This document shows positions 1 to 13,700 of a stretch of DNA of 64,000 nucleotides, piece after piece. Within the stretch, counting starts at the first letter, position 1; each line of letters opens with the position of its first letter. The position numbers and the translations under genes are program-made. Source of the DNA: Octopus bimaculoides (lineage: Eukaryota); assembly GCF_001194135.2 (NCBI RefSeq), contig NC_068985.1:33326232-33390231 (forward strand), read 5' to 3'. The notes below the pieces were generated by a model. The model ran no database searches and was not told where the DNA came from. It was given only the letters and a program-made list of their open reading frames with translations.

Positions 1-418
1 TTTTCTCTACAGACACTTTTACTATGTTCTGTGTTTTTATCTCACACACACACTTGTGCACTCATACATTTTCTTTCCTTTCAGTAAAAACAAACACTCA
101 GACTTCCACATTCCGTGATTCCAGTTCCTGGACAGTAGTCATCACGATTTGTTTTCTCATTGTCTCATTTGTTTTTTACTAGGTGGCATTTACTGCCCAT
201 ATTGCATGTTTTTCTTTCATTTGTACATTGCATGCATGTATCACACGAGTGTACATTTCATTTCTTTAATTTTACTTTGTGTGTGTTTTGTGCTACATCT
301 TGTGGGTGGTTTTCAGTGGCCGTCCTGCCTCAGGCGTTCTAACAGATTTCATATTATTGTGCGTTTCTCGCACTGGCAAGGGAGCCCTGTAGTAACGCTG
401 TGCGCATGTGTAGTCTCA
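1..418 (-). mobile_element. LTR-like repeat fragment, cut by an assembly gap
   Basis: 386-416 reverse-complemented matches 26346-26375 (agactac.catgcgca..gcgttactacagg); a second short shared motif is actggaatca. Confidence 0.35.
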
Positions 419-873
419 NNNNNNNNNNTATAGGAAAGTCAGGTATACATCTAATGATGAATAACCAACTTTCCTATAATAGCATGGGGGAAAATTTGGT
501 TTTTTAATTGATTAGTCAGAGAGTAAGACAGTGCTTGTAATCCTTTGCAGGGCCTCCAAGACAGGTGGGAAGGAAAGAGAGGGAGGAAGGTATCATAACA
601 TAGATGATTACAGCAGAGTAGACTCTGCTAAAAGGGGCACAAAGTACCAGGTGGTAGGATAAAATCAGGTGACAGATTAAATCTGTCACCCAAGTAGACC
701 ATGGTGAGATTTGAAATCAGAATGCAAAAGGCTGGAACAAACACTAAGCATCCAATAAATGGTGAAGGTGACCTCGTTAGAATTTGAACTCACAGTGCAG
801 AAAGCTGGACCAAATACCATGGGGCATTCACAGGACACTCTAAAGTTAAAAATATAAATGTTAAATATCACAG

Positions 874-1454
874 TGTTATATTCAGGATAGCGGCCTAACC
901 CACCGGTTGATTTCCTTTTTACTGAATCTTCATTCCTTTATGCCAGGACTGACTGTGCTAGCACGGCACCTTACATACTCATCTTCCTTACTACAGCCGT
1001 CCATTTTTTCCCAAATACTCTTTGCGGCAGGCACTTCCTCTCCAGACGGATCTTGCTGGAAAGATGGGCGGCAAAGCAGTTCACCAGCCTCAGTCCAGAA
1101 ATGAATTGGCCTGTCGCGATCCCTTGCACTCGTGTCTTCCATACCACATCTTTCAGTATGGAAAAAGGTCTGGAAAGACCTCGAGACGAGGAGAAGCTGG
1201 GTTTTTATAAGGAGTTGTAGGCTCAAAACTGAGTTGAGAACAGGCTGTCACGCGTGACCTTATTCAGGAGCTTCGATTGGTTATATGCTGCATATTGGCG
1301 CGATAGAGTAAGAGACAAATTGCGCTAATACCAACCAATCAGAGTTGTGGACACAATGGGGTCCAAAATGTGGCCAAAGGCCAGCTGTTATCTACTACGT
1401 TCGTATGTATGTATATATAATAGAGAGGAGAATTTCACTCGAGTGTACGCTACA
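874..1454 (-). mobile_element. Solo-LTR-like element
   Basis: TGT...ACA termini. About 270 bp at its 5' end aligns with the + strand copy starting TGTAGCGTAC at 37107. CCAAT boxes and TATA-like tataaaaa present. No TSD found. Confidence 0.65.
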
Positions 1455-1513
1455 CATCCTAGCATGGAACATGGGCATTAAAGATAATGATGATGATGAT
1501 GATGATGACGATG

Positions 1514-1634
1514 ATTTATGTCTACTTTTGTAAAAGACTGCATCACTATGTGTTGCTATAGTAATGAGATCAACCAATGAAAATATATTACGTCACAATT
1601 ACCTCCCTTGGACTTCATTTGATAACTTTGAAAG
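1514..1634 (+). promoter_or_regulatory. Probable compact UBR7 core promoter / 5' UTR
   Basis: CCAAT at 1574-1578 and CRE/ATF-like TTACGTCA at 1588-1595, just upstream of the ATG, in a CpG-retaining zone. TSS not demonstrable from sequence. Confidence 0.45.
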
Positions 1635-1784
1635 ATGGCGGAACACGAGAAAGTGTCGCGGGAAAATGTTGATCAAGAAGAAAACATCACTATGGTTGAT
1701 TTTCTTGCTGAAGAAGAAAAACTAGAAGCCGATGCAAAAGCTGTTTTAGGTGGCAGTGATCCCAAAAATTGCACTTATCCCCAG
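1635..1784 (+). CDS. UBR7: UBR7 coding exon 1 (MAEHEK...CTYPQ)
   Basis: ATG at 1635; CAG|GTAAGT donor; 50 codons. Confidence 0.93.
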
Positions 1785-4700
1785 GTAAGTTTTAAGGCAA
1801 TAAATATATGCTTATAATAAATAAAATTGCATTCGTTATACCTCGTTTTGTCTTTTTATACAAAAACTTGAAATTACTTTTTTGCATTCTTTTATATAAT
1901 TCTGTTTACCAATAGTCTTTCTTCGAATTGTAAAATATTAGTAATTGTTTTGAATGTATTTTTGTTTGCATCTTTTCTTTTGTAACCTGTAGGGTAATAT
2001 GCTAAGTAAATTGTTGCAAAATGTACTAGATCTGCTATGTGTCTTAGTTTACAAATTGTTGATGAAAATAAAAATAACAATTGTTGATTTGGATGATAAG
2101 CGATACCTATTTCATTCATTGCTCATGTTCATTCGAAATTATTACAAGTAGAAACGTTCGTAATGTGTTAAATTCTGTTTTATTGAACACGATCCACTTT
2201 TATTACATTTGATGTTTTTTTTCCATTTAAAATGTAGAAAACTATTTTTTTATTGAAATTTCAAAGCTAATACATCCTGGTAAATACCACCTCTGTTTTT
2301 TACTCGGAAAACTTCAAATTTTCAACTCCCTTTGTTACGGAGTCTTAAATTGTATCGAGTATCACCAGCATCAGACATAAAGAATTCGTCTGCTATATAT
2401 CGAACTGCTTGCTACTGTTTAGCTTTCTTGTATTTTCAATTGGATTTCTGTTTCTGAGAACAAATGTCGGCTTCATATGAAACAATTCCATTAAATATCA
2501 ACAAATGTAATATTCATAAATTTAACAGCGGCTTCTCCACACAAGGCGGCTGTCATCTTATTTTAGTTATTTATTTATTTGTTTTTGATTTGGACGAAGT
2601 GGGTTGTGACCGTTGTCTTCGCAAGTCCGACTAAATAGTGAAATCGACGCAATTCGATTAAATTACTCACTACTATTCAGAAATTCTGTTATTGCTATGT
2701 TAATTATAATAAAAGGAAGTCCAGGAATTATTCCAGGTCCTTACTTAGTTAATAAGGTTGTAGTTGCAATGACTGGCTTAGAATATTTAATAATTCATTA
2801 ATCTACCATTCATTAATTGCTACAATAGCGAAACAAAGGGTATACACTATAGGAAAAGGTAATTCTTCTATACAGGAAATGAAACTAATTGAACAAGCCA
2901 TAGAAAAGTCAACTTATTGCAATCAATATGATGCTGCTTGTATTGTAGATTGAATGTCTTAGTCTTGAAGATTACCAAAACCTCTAAGTATCAAAGTCAT
3001 GACAAAGCAAGATATGTAGAAAGGAAGAGGATACAAACTCAACTTATATCATACCAATATGGAGTGTGTTTAAGGATTTCGGGTAGACTGACCTAGAAGT
3101 ACATTTTTAGGTGTGAGTGACCGTCATATATCAAAGATCTTGTAATATTTTCAAGTAACCCAATGATTAGGCCACTTCAAATATATAAATCTAAAATATT
3201 CTGCTTCAGCATCTTTTTATTCTTCATTTTCAGGGTTACCTTTCTCGTCAAGCTCTTTATGCTTGTTCTACATGTACTCCTGATCCAGCCCAGCCTGCAG
3301 GAATCTGTCTTGCATGCAGTTATGAATGCCATGAGGGTCACGAACTCTTTGAATTGTATACAAAGAGGTATGTTTCTGTATCCTGTATCTATCAGTGATT
3401 TTCTTTTTTTTCAAATATAGATTTTATACTTAAATTTTCTTAATTTAAATGTCATTTATTCTATGAGACTTTTTGTAGTTTTTATCTTTGTGTGTTTGTT
3501 AATTTTCAACCAGCATGAGCTTTCAGCATTTAAATTCCATTGTGATTGTAACTATGTAAATCGTCATGACATATTAACTTTGAAAATTTTTTCCCTCTGT
3601 TTTTCTTTCTTGTTAAGAAAGGCAGTAAGTATTATAGTTATCAGATCTAACAAATCTTGTAAAATATCTGAATGTTGTAGAATTGTTTAACCCATTGGTA
3701 CAAAAATACTTTTAAAAAGATATCATTTAAAAATCAAAAAATTGTCTAAATTTATTATATAATTCTATTCAAAGATATGAAGTCATCCTCTTAATTTTAA
3801 TTTTATTTCTACTACCTTCATTATAACTCTAATTATAGTTTGAATGCTCCAGTTTGTCATACTGAACTAGACAGAAAATCTTTGAGCATTCCTAATCTTG
3901 CAGGTTCATGGGTGCCATGTACACTCTGTAAAGTGGTTGGGGTTAGGAAGGACATCCAGCTGTAGAAACCCTGCCAAAACAGACATGGATCCCAGGCAGC
4001 TTTTCAGCTGACCAGCTCCTGTCAAGCTCTCCAACCCATGCAAGCGTGAAAAGCAGACGTTAGATGATGATGATAATTGTGTATCATCTAATCTTTGAAG
4101 CTCAAAATTCCAAGTTCTTCCTTCGTTTGATTATATTTGTGTTGTTTGAATTTCAGTTTGAAACTTAGATTAAAATATTTGTGTTTTATTCTTATTATTG
4201 CATTCAAAGCATGTTTTCTGTTTCAAAAGTGGAGGCAAGCTGAGTCACTTATCTAGATTTGATTCCTGATGGTAGCTGTTTCACTTCACTTATATTATTA
4301 TTGTATTTGGGAAAGACACAAAACTACTAGTTTTCTCACCATTCAATTACATTCTCAACATTGATGTTAATATTACTTATTTTTCAGTTGAAGATAGATA
4401 TTTTATTACAATTTAATATTATTTGTTTTTTCTTTTGTTCCAGAAATTTTAAATGTGATTGTGGCAATAAAAAGTTTCCAAATCGCTGTAAACTGTTTAG
4501 TGTAAGTTGAGTATTCCAACTATTTTGTAATGTTTATTATCTTAAAATTTTACATATACCTGTAATTTTAAATCACTGATGAGAATAAAAATAGAAATGA
4601 CTTCATTTGAAAATTGAAATGTTTAGGGTTATTACATCTTTATATTTATATTCTAGCATAGATGGTTTTTGTAAATTTGAATATTTGCATTTGTTTGAGC

Positions 4701-7700
4701 AATGGATTTCATCATTGGATATGTTTTTTTTTTTTTGCTGCTGTCCTCAATGGTGAAAAAGTAGAATCCAGATATTATCAGACAAATGAATTGAGGATAA
4801 TGAAGTTATTTGCCTTGTCCAAAGAAACAATGGCTGCAGTATTCTAACCTCTTAGCCATTTATGTCTTGGTTTATATTATTTGATAATTTTTGAAAAGGA
4901 AAGAATGCCATTTTATGCATTAAAGTGATCAGTTCTTACTCTGTAGTTGTTAAATTATCATATAGTTTTGCTGAGAACAGCTGTTAGAGTAAAGCATTTT
5001 GCTTTTTCTAACAAAGGTAGTCTGTAGTACCTTCTGTATTGTTATTCATTTCTTCTACTTAAAACCAACCTTATTAAATATTGTATTTAGTAACTAACAG
5101 AATACTAATGTTACTAATGCAGAATTCAGATATTTTAAATACTTTTGTTTTTATTGTCAATTAGTAGAGTTTGTCTTTTTAAATTTTACTGATGTAATTA
5201 TTCATTTCTACAGTATTCATACTGTTTTCTTTGGATATTACAGTTTACAGTAAATGATAGTTAAATGTTAATCATCTTGTAGGTATTAATTATATTTTCC
5301 ACTTGTTTTGATATAGTAGGAATTAGAGAATTTGTTTTAAATTTAAATTTCATTGTTTCAGATTCCAGGTTATTTGGATGTAGATGGATATGTAAACCTT
5401 ATTTCAACAATTTACTCCGTAAAGTTTTTCTTCTCTTCAATAGTTTTCACATTTTTATATTTTCTTTTATATAGGAAAAATCTGATTATAATGAACTTAA
5501 TCAATACAGCCAAAATTTTGTTGGTAAATATTGTACTTGTAAGAGGCCTTATCCTGACCCTGAGGACGATGTAAGTCAATTCTGTTTAATAATGTTAAAT
5601 TGATATGTTAGTTAGGATGCACATAAAAAATACAGGAAATGGATAAACAATATAACTGGTCTTTCACTAATGCAATTCTTAGACTCTGGAGTACTGAGTA
5701 ACACTTGTCCATTAGAAAATGATTGATGCAATTAGGATCATTATCGTCATCATTTTTGCATACAGTGTCTTGTTACTCACTGTAGTCCTTCATTATCTGG
5801 CACACAACAACTTGGCTAACACTATTGTACATATCGTTTTTGGCATGGCCTTCTATGGCTAGATGCTCTTAACTATCAACAACCCCTTTGTCAATGTAGA
5901 CTGAGTGCATTGTATTGTGTTGTAAGCACTAGAGAGGTTGTTTGCAACAAAAGTATAAGTTCCTCTCCACTTCATATTGTTTCTATTAGTTCCTTCCTTT
6001 TTGATATGGTTTCTACAGCTGGATGCCCTTCCTAACTCAAACCATTGTACAATGTAGATTGAGATTTTATTGTACCATCTGTGTGCAAAATAAATGTGAA
6101 AAATTAAGAAAAAGTATTGGCTGTGTACAGTAGATAGGTATGAAAAATTTAGAAAGAAAAATCTGTTTATGTACAATTTTGAAGTGGAATTATTAAGGGA
6201 AGACCTTGAAACTTTGTGGAAGATAGGGAGAGTTTATTTCAAGTAGATTCAATCTTGTTAATGAAACAATAGTAATTGAAATAACTAGATAATAAAGGAT
6301 TTGTAGAAAAACTTGCTTCACAACACTGAGTATACATGTGTGTTGGTTGTGATCCATAATAATGACAGTTATTTATCTGTACAGATATTTATATTTCTTA
6401 TTTTTGGCCTGTGGAATGATATAATAATGCTGATAGAGGGAGGTAATAAGATAGCGACTAGAATAAACCAAGGGGAAGAGAAAGTAGGAAGTGTGTATGT
6501 TTCTTAAGTCATTATTTTCATATTGTGAATATTGTCTAAATATCACTATTTTATTTCAGGTTGATGATGAGATGTTCCAATGTGTTATCTGTGAAGATTG
6601 GTACCATCAGAGAGTAAGATGACCTCTTTTTTTTTCTTTTGTGTGTGTGTTAGGCCTTAAAGGAAAAGCAGGTGTTCAATTAGAACTTGGAAATTTTAAT
6701 AATTGATTCAGTAGAATGTTTTACTAACACATTTGATCCATTCATTATTTTATATGTGAGATTTGGGGGTTAAGACTTCAAATTTAGGTGTGATCAAATT
6801 CAGTTCCTTTTTTTCTAAAAGTATTATTGCTGTTTTTATTGTAAGACCAGGTTTATTTAGTAAATTTAATCACATCATCAAATATTGATGAGTGTTGCTT
6901 TCTCTCTCTCTATCTCTCTTAAAATATTCTTACCAAAGACCAAACGCTTCCAACTAGAGTTCTTAAACCATGTGTCAAACATTTTTTTATATAAATACCT
7001 GTGTTGATTCTTGAACCAGTTTAACCAGAATATTTTATATGGCTTGACATGCACTTAAGTATCAGTTAGATAAAATTAGGAGGCATCATAAAGGCTTTCT
7101 TTTAAGATTACTATCTTTCTATATTATGGGGAAATTTATATTTCTTTAATGATTTGGAATTATAATTCATTACCTATTAACACTCATTATCTAGCTGTTA
7201 GTTTATCCCAGTGCACCACATACTGAACCTTTTCGAATCTGATTGCATTCAGTCCGGTTCAGTGTGGCACTACTAATTGAGTGAAGCATAGTGCTTCATC
7301 ATCATCATCATCATTTAACATCCGCTTTCCATGCTAGCATGGGTTGGACGGTTTGACTATCTGATTTCTTTTTAATTTTCAATATCATCTTTCTTCTATC
7401 TTCTCTTTTAAAACTGATAGTTCTCTCTATCAACAAGCCAACAAGTGAAAATAAATGTAAATCAGTTTTTAAAGTATAGTATAATTATTGGAATTTGAGG
7501 GGACTACTTGTAATCTGCATTATCTGAATATTTTTAACTTAAGGCATGGAGGTTTTCTCTGATATATAATCTTGAAGTTATAAATTTAAGCTTAAGTTTC
7601 AGTGTAAGATCTTTTTAATTTTACCTTAGACCCAAGTTTAAGAGCATGTGATGAGGAATCAAGTTAAAGTATTTTAGTCTCCTGAAACTCTTCTAAGGCC

Positions 7701-10700
7701 CATTATATCCACTTCACAGCAAAACTATGTTTATGTTCACATAGTATATTGTATTATGCTTTGTGTTTTATTTATGACATTTTTATTATTTGTTTTTCTA
7801 CTAAATTTTCTAGCATTTGAATGCTGATTTTCCTGAACATGATGATAGTGTAGAGGTTGTATGTAGTAGCTGCATGAAAAAGTGTCCCTTTCTCTGGGCA
7901 TACCAAGCTGCTAATACAGGTGAGTTACCTAAGCTTTTCAATACTTTAGAAAAGACTATACTATTTAAAAAAATCTATGTATACTAACTGTTGTTGAATT
8001 ATTCTGTTATATTGAATAATAAACAGTATATAATTGTTCCTGATCCATAACATTGACATTTTGGCTTGTAAAAATGGACATTTTTGTTTTTTGAAAACTT
8101 TTAACAACTCACAACTTTTTTATTAAATATTTTCTATAGCTTATTTTCTAATCACACATATGATAATTTTATAATATAAGATTGTCATATGTGTGATTAG
8201 AAAATATATAATCTTTGATAATTATATCATACCAGACTACTTCTATTTTATCCTTCATTTTGAAGATGAGAAAAAGAAACATCTAGGAAACCCCTTAATT
8301 ATGGTGCTTAATTTCTTCCCCCAAATTGTCTCTTTCCATTTTTTTTTTGTCCCAGTCCTTTCTCTCCAGAACATTGATTCTGCCCATAATTTTTCCAGAT
8401 TCACTTAACTGCATCAATGTGAGGGGAGGTTGTAGAAATCATAGGTATTGCCTCTCCTTCTTGGCTATTAGGTCTTATTCAGATGTGGATATCAATTAAT
8501 TGCAACACTGGAATGGTTTCCTGAATACATACCATGGAAACCTAATATTTTGACATCAGGATTGCTTTAGCTTCATGGGTGTAGCCCAAAAGAGTACAGA
8601 GTGCAACATTTGACACGAGAATGGTTACAGAAGTTGACAAAACGACAAATTTAATTGTCTTAGTGGTTCTACTCTTTGCAGTATATATGTCATCTTACAC
8701 AAACATGTAACAGAAATCTCAGATTACTGTGGGAATAATTTTTTTTTTTGTAAACTACTAAAATGTTACCTTTGCTAGTTTTTAGTCAGATATTTCCCCC
8801 CTTAATATAGACACAGTCCTATCATGAAAAACTTTATTCAATTGGTTTTTTTAAATGCTAAAAGCCTTGTATATCACAGTATAACTTTTGTAATAAATTA
8901 TTTTGTAGCTGTAAAGATAGAAAAATGCAATGAAAATGTTGATGTAGATGTGGAATCTCACAAAAACAAACTTCAGTCAGATGGTTGTGCTGACACTAAA
9001 CAGACAAAAGACTCTGAAGAAAAGAAATCAACACAGTCTGGTGAGTCTTTTCAGAAGAAGAATGAAGATGGTAATCCTTCTGATGGAGATAACTTGGTGA
9101 GTTACTTAACATTAAAATTTTCTTTTGTGATGCCCATATTTTCAGGTGTTATTTGCTGAATCAGGAATTTAGAAAAAAATACCTGGAATATTATGTTATT
9201 GAAAATTTCTTGTAAAAGTGGAAATAACTTAATCATTTACATGTGTAATTAAAGCATAAATAACTCATAAAGAAACATTTTTTGTGATATTAGCCATGTA
9301 TTTCAGGGGTTTCATTAATATTGAACAGGTTGGCAGAATTGGCTTTTAATGAGAGGATATAACTGCTTTTAAATTATGTTAAAATACAGAAAAGAAAATG
9401 AAAAACAAATCATAGATAGTTACTATAATGAGTGTTATATCATATCAATGTTATGATATAAATAGGTTCAATAATATGTGCAAGCATACCTGACTGTATA
9501 GTAAGATGATTGCTTCCCAACTTCCCTGAGTTCAGTCCCTCTGAGCAAGTATCTTCTACTATAGCCATGGGTTGACCAAAGCCTTGTAAGTGGATTTGGT
9601 AGTATATATATATGTGTATTGGGCCTCACCGAGGCAATGACTACTGACCGAGACCTTTGGAAATGTGCTGTGCGTGAGAAGACCCGGCAAGCCAAGTGAG
9701 ATCGTTGCCAGTGCCCCTGGACTGGCTCTTGTGTGGGTGGCACGTAAGATGTACCATCCTGAGCGTGACCGTTGCCAGTACCGCCTGACTGGCTTTGTAG
9801 GGTTTTCGAGCGAGATCGTTGCCAGTGCATAAAAGACACCATTTCGAGCGTGGCCGTTTTCGTGCGGGTGACACGTAAAAGCACCCACTACACTCTCTGA
9901 GTGGTTGGCGTTAGGAAGGGCATCCAGCTGTAGAAACTCTGCCAAATTAGATTGGAGCCTGGTGTAGCCATCCGGTTGCACCAGTCCTTAGTCAAATCGT
10001 CCAACCCATGCTAGCATGGAAAGTGGACGTTAAACGATGATGATGATGATGATGTGTTTGTGTCTCCTTGCCTTGATTTCATGTTATAGTTGTAAATCAA
10101 TGTCACCATCATGCAAGTTGTGCCCTTCATTTCCAATCTTCCATGGAAACATATCTGGTTATGGAGAAATATTATCTAACTTGGAAACAGGTGAGGATTA
10201 GCAACAGTGAGAGATCTTGCTGTAGAAAATGTGCCTCCACAAATTCCATCCAACTTATGCAAGCATGGAAAAGTAGATATTAAACAATGATAATGAAACC
10301 TCATAACTGAATTATTTAGAAATCTCAACTTTGTTAATAGCCAGATTATTCATTTATTGACACTAGAAATAAGTTCACAATCTATGAAGGTGCCCTTCTT
10401 TTGGTTGAAGGGATGACAGTTTGTATCCTGTCTTTAGTACTGCAGTGTCTATGGTCAAGATACTTAATTCTTAATGACTCATACCACAAAGCTGCAGATT
10501 GTTACCATAGGTAGTCAGATCACAACAGTAAAGAATAAGAGCACTATATAATTTATCAACTACTTTAAAGCTTTCAGCATTTAAATTTTCCTGTGGATTC
10601 TGATCCCCATCCCTTGTGAGTATACCCAGTACTTTGCCATCATCTCGCTGTCTCCCACTCTCTCTCTCTTTCTGTTCTTCTGCTCAGTTTGGGTAACCAT

Positions 10701-13700
10701 GTGTCTCCTTTGCGGCAGCACACCTGTTTTTGTCTGGATTCCTGATTTCTCTCTCCAGCTGGGTAACCTTGTACCTCCTCTACAGCAAGACACCTGTTTC
10801 TGTCTCTGTCTCACTATAACTTTTCATCATCTGAGACAAGATCATCTCCTCCAATGGCCCCCTCCCTTCTCTAAAGATTTTTTTTTGTGCAAGGTATATA
10901 TATATGTACCTTGGTCACCTAGGTAACCGAAGCTATCAACTACTTATAGTTTTTCTGCTTGGCATGTGATGGAATCCGTTTACTGTAAATCTTCAGTGTT
11001 TATTACCCCTGTGCACACAAAAACTATCTTCCCATTTAGCCTTCCTTTGATATTGCTACACCTCTTATGTGTCCATAACTTACACTGGGTACATCTTATA
11101 GAGTTTCTACCTATGCCTTTTCTACAGATCAAGCAGGGCCATCTACCTGAAGAGATTTGTAATTTGTCTGCCTTCCTACTTCCTTCGATTCTAGACCTTG
11201 CTTCCACACTTGAAACTTCTAGTTCTGGTAGTGACTCAGCTATTATAGCAAGGTCATCAGAAGCTCCCAGGGGCAGCCTGTCTTGAATTCCTCTGTTATT
11301 GCCTGGAGGACTATGATGAACAAGATGGGGCTGAGGACTGATCCTTGGTGAACCCCCACTTCTGTTCAGAGTTCTTCACTAGTTGCCAACCCTCACCTTA
11401 CTGACAGCATCCCTGTACATTGCTTGAACAGCTCTCACCAATCACTCATCTATCCCTAGTTTTTGCATTGATCACCAGATAAGGGTTCGGGTGACCCTGT
11501 CAAAGACTTCCTCCATGTCAACAAAAGGCAAGTACAGAGGTTTATCTTTGGCTAGGAATTTCTCCTGCAGCTGTCTTAGCAGAAATATAGCATCAGTGGT
11601 GCTTCCTGGCACAAACCCAAACTGCATCTCATCTAAACTAACTCTCTCCCTAATTAGTTGGGCTGTGACCCTCTCTATGACTTTCATCACCTGATCAAAC
11701 AGTTTGATTCCTCTACTTATTCCTGTCTAGTGCATCACCTTTACATTTGTAGCAGTTGACTATGGTGCTGCTACACCAGTCATTGGGTATGACTCTTTCA
11801 TGTATCACCTGGTTAACAATACAGGTGACTAGGCTATAGCCGACATTGCCAGATATTTTCAGCGTCTCAGCAGTGATTCATGATGGGCTGGGGGCTTTCC
11901 CTGTCTTCATACCCTTAATTGCTTTATCTACCAATGTACTGTCAATTTGAATAGGTAGTCCCTCTGTTGAGTTGATACGTGACAAGCTCTCCTTCTCCCA
12001 TTCATTCTCTTCATTTAGCAACCGTTCATAGTTGTATTTCCAAGTCTCTCTCTTTGCAGCATCATTAAATGCAAGTGAGCCGTCATACATGCAGACACAT
12101 TTCTCTCCTATGACATCATGATTTTCCTTCATACACTGTCTTGCAATTCGAAATACTTCAAGTTTCTGGTTCTCATGACGCAGAACACTGTGGCAAATTT
12201 GTTCTTATTTGCTTCTCTTCTGGCTAAGTAAACCTGTCTCCTAGCTTCCCTTCTGGTGATCTGATACAGTTCCCCGCTACCACCACACTTCCAGTCCTTC
12301 CATGCCCGTTTCTTTTCCCTAATGGCCCTGTCAACAACATTGTTCCACACCATGTTACCTTAGGTCAGAGGGGACTTTGCACCATCCCCAGATCTGGTCA
12401 GTAGCCCTCAACAGGTTGTCCTGTAGGAACCACCAGTTGTCCTCTACATTATGTGATGCTATATCCTCCTCTTTTTCATCAAAAGTTTAAAGTAATACAT
12501 TTCTAAATTTCTATCCATTCAGAGGATCCTTAAGCTTCCAGACCCTTCTTTTCCATGCTGGTTGTCTTCAAGTAATATGTCTTTAAATCTCTGTCCATTC
12601 AGAGGATCCCTAATCTTCCAGACTCTTCTTTTCCATGCTGGTTGTCTTCTGAGCAGCCATTTAGCCCTGATCCTGAAATTGCTAACTACTAACCTATGTT
12701 GTGGGGTGCATTCTTCACCTGGGAAAGTTTGGGCATTTATAAATAGCCATCTTTCCTGACTACATTCTTGTTTCCTGGCGAGAATGTAGTCAATCTGACT
12801 AGTGTACCCACTAGACTGGTAGGTGAAAGGTGACTGGCAGGTTTCTTGAAGTTAGTATTGCAGACCATAAGGTTATTTGAAGTATTTGAAGTTAGTATTG
12901 CAGACCATAAGGTCATAAGGTCTCTGAAGCTTTTGTTCTAGACAAATGACTACTCTTAAGTCAGCTGTCAATCATGTACATCTTACTGACGTAACTGTCT
13001 CTTGTTAATATCAGCCAATGTACTTTTGATGCCCATTTATTTTTTCTCATATTTGTCAGATTCCGCAGCAGTTGCTGAAATTCCTTTTTGTTGTTTGCTT
13101 TTTATATTCGTTATAGCATAAAATAAGTTTACATGACATGAAAGAGTTAAATAATATGAAGCTTTAAAATATCTTAATTTTCATTTAATTTCATTCAATT
13201 TTTTCTAATAAGAATCCTGTTGAGGAAAAATGTGTGTACAGACAACTACAAAATGATGATGTTATCTTAAAAGAGCAGTCAACATATTGGAAAGAAGGCT
13301 GGCGTTCTTATCTGTGTTCATGTTCAAAATGCCTGGTATGTAATTTATAAAGTATTATGTTTAAAGCAATATCATTCATTATGTAGACTGAATATTATTT
13401 AATGAAAGATGCGGCTATATACCCCACTCCCAATAACTACCTTATTGCAAGTGACTAAAACATTAGTGTTAGAACATGTACATTTTTGAATAAATTTTTT
13501 ATCAGATGTTCCAGTTGAATATTGGTGTGAACATGGAAGCATGGGGCACTTTTCTTACTTTAGTCACCTGTTGCTGTTGAATACTTATCCTCTACAAACA
13601 AGGCTGGGTTCTGCTAAAATAAACTTAAAATCATTAACTATTTAATCCAAATTTTCTATCACTGCGAAAAGATTAAATGTTAAATTTTTACTGAAGAAAT

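Noticed and set aside
869-1459. Target-site duplication for the solo LTR
   Set aside because: Flanks cacag and catcc do not match, so the LTR boundaries remain provisional.
9468-9981. ORFs of 138-140 aa (MQPDGYTRL..., also 16576..16908 and 57191..57616)
   Set aside because: Antisense reading of the multicopy RTE 3' UTR, not host genes.
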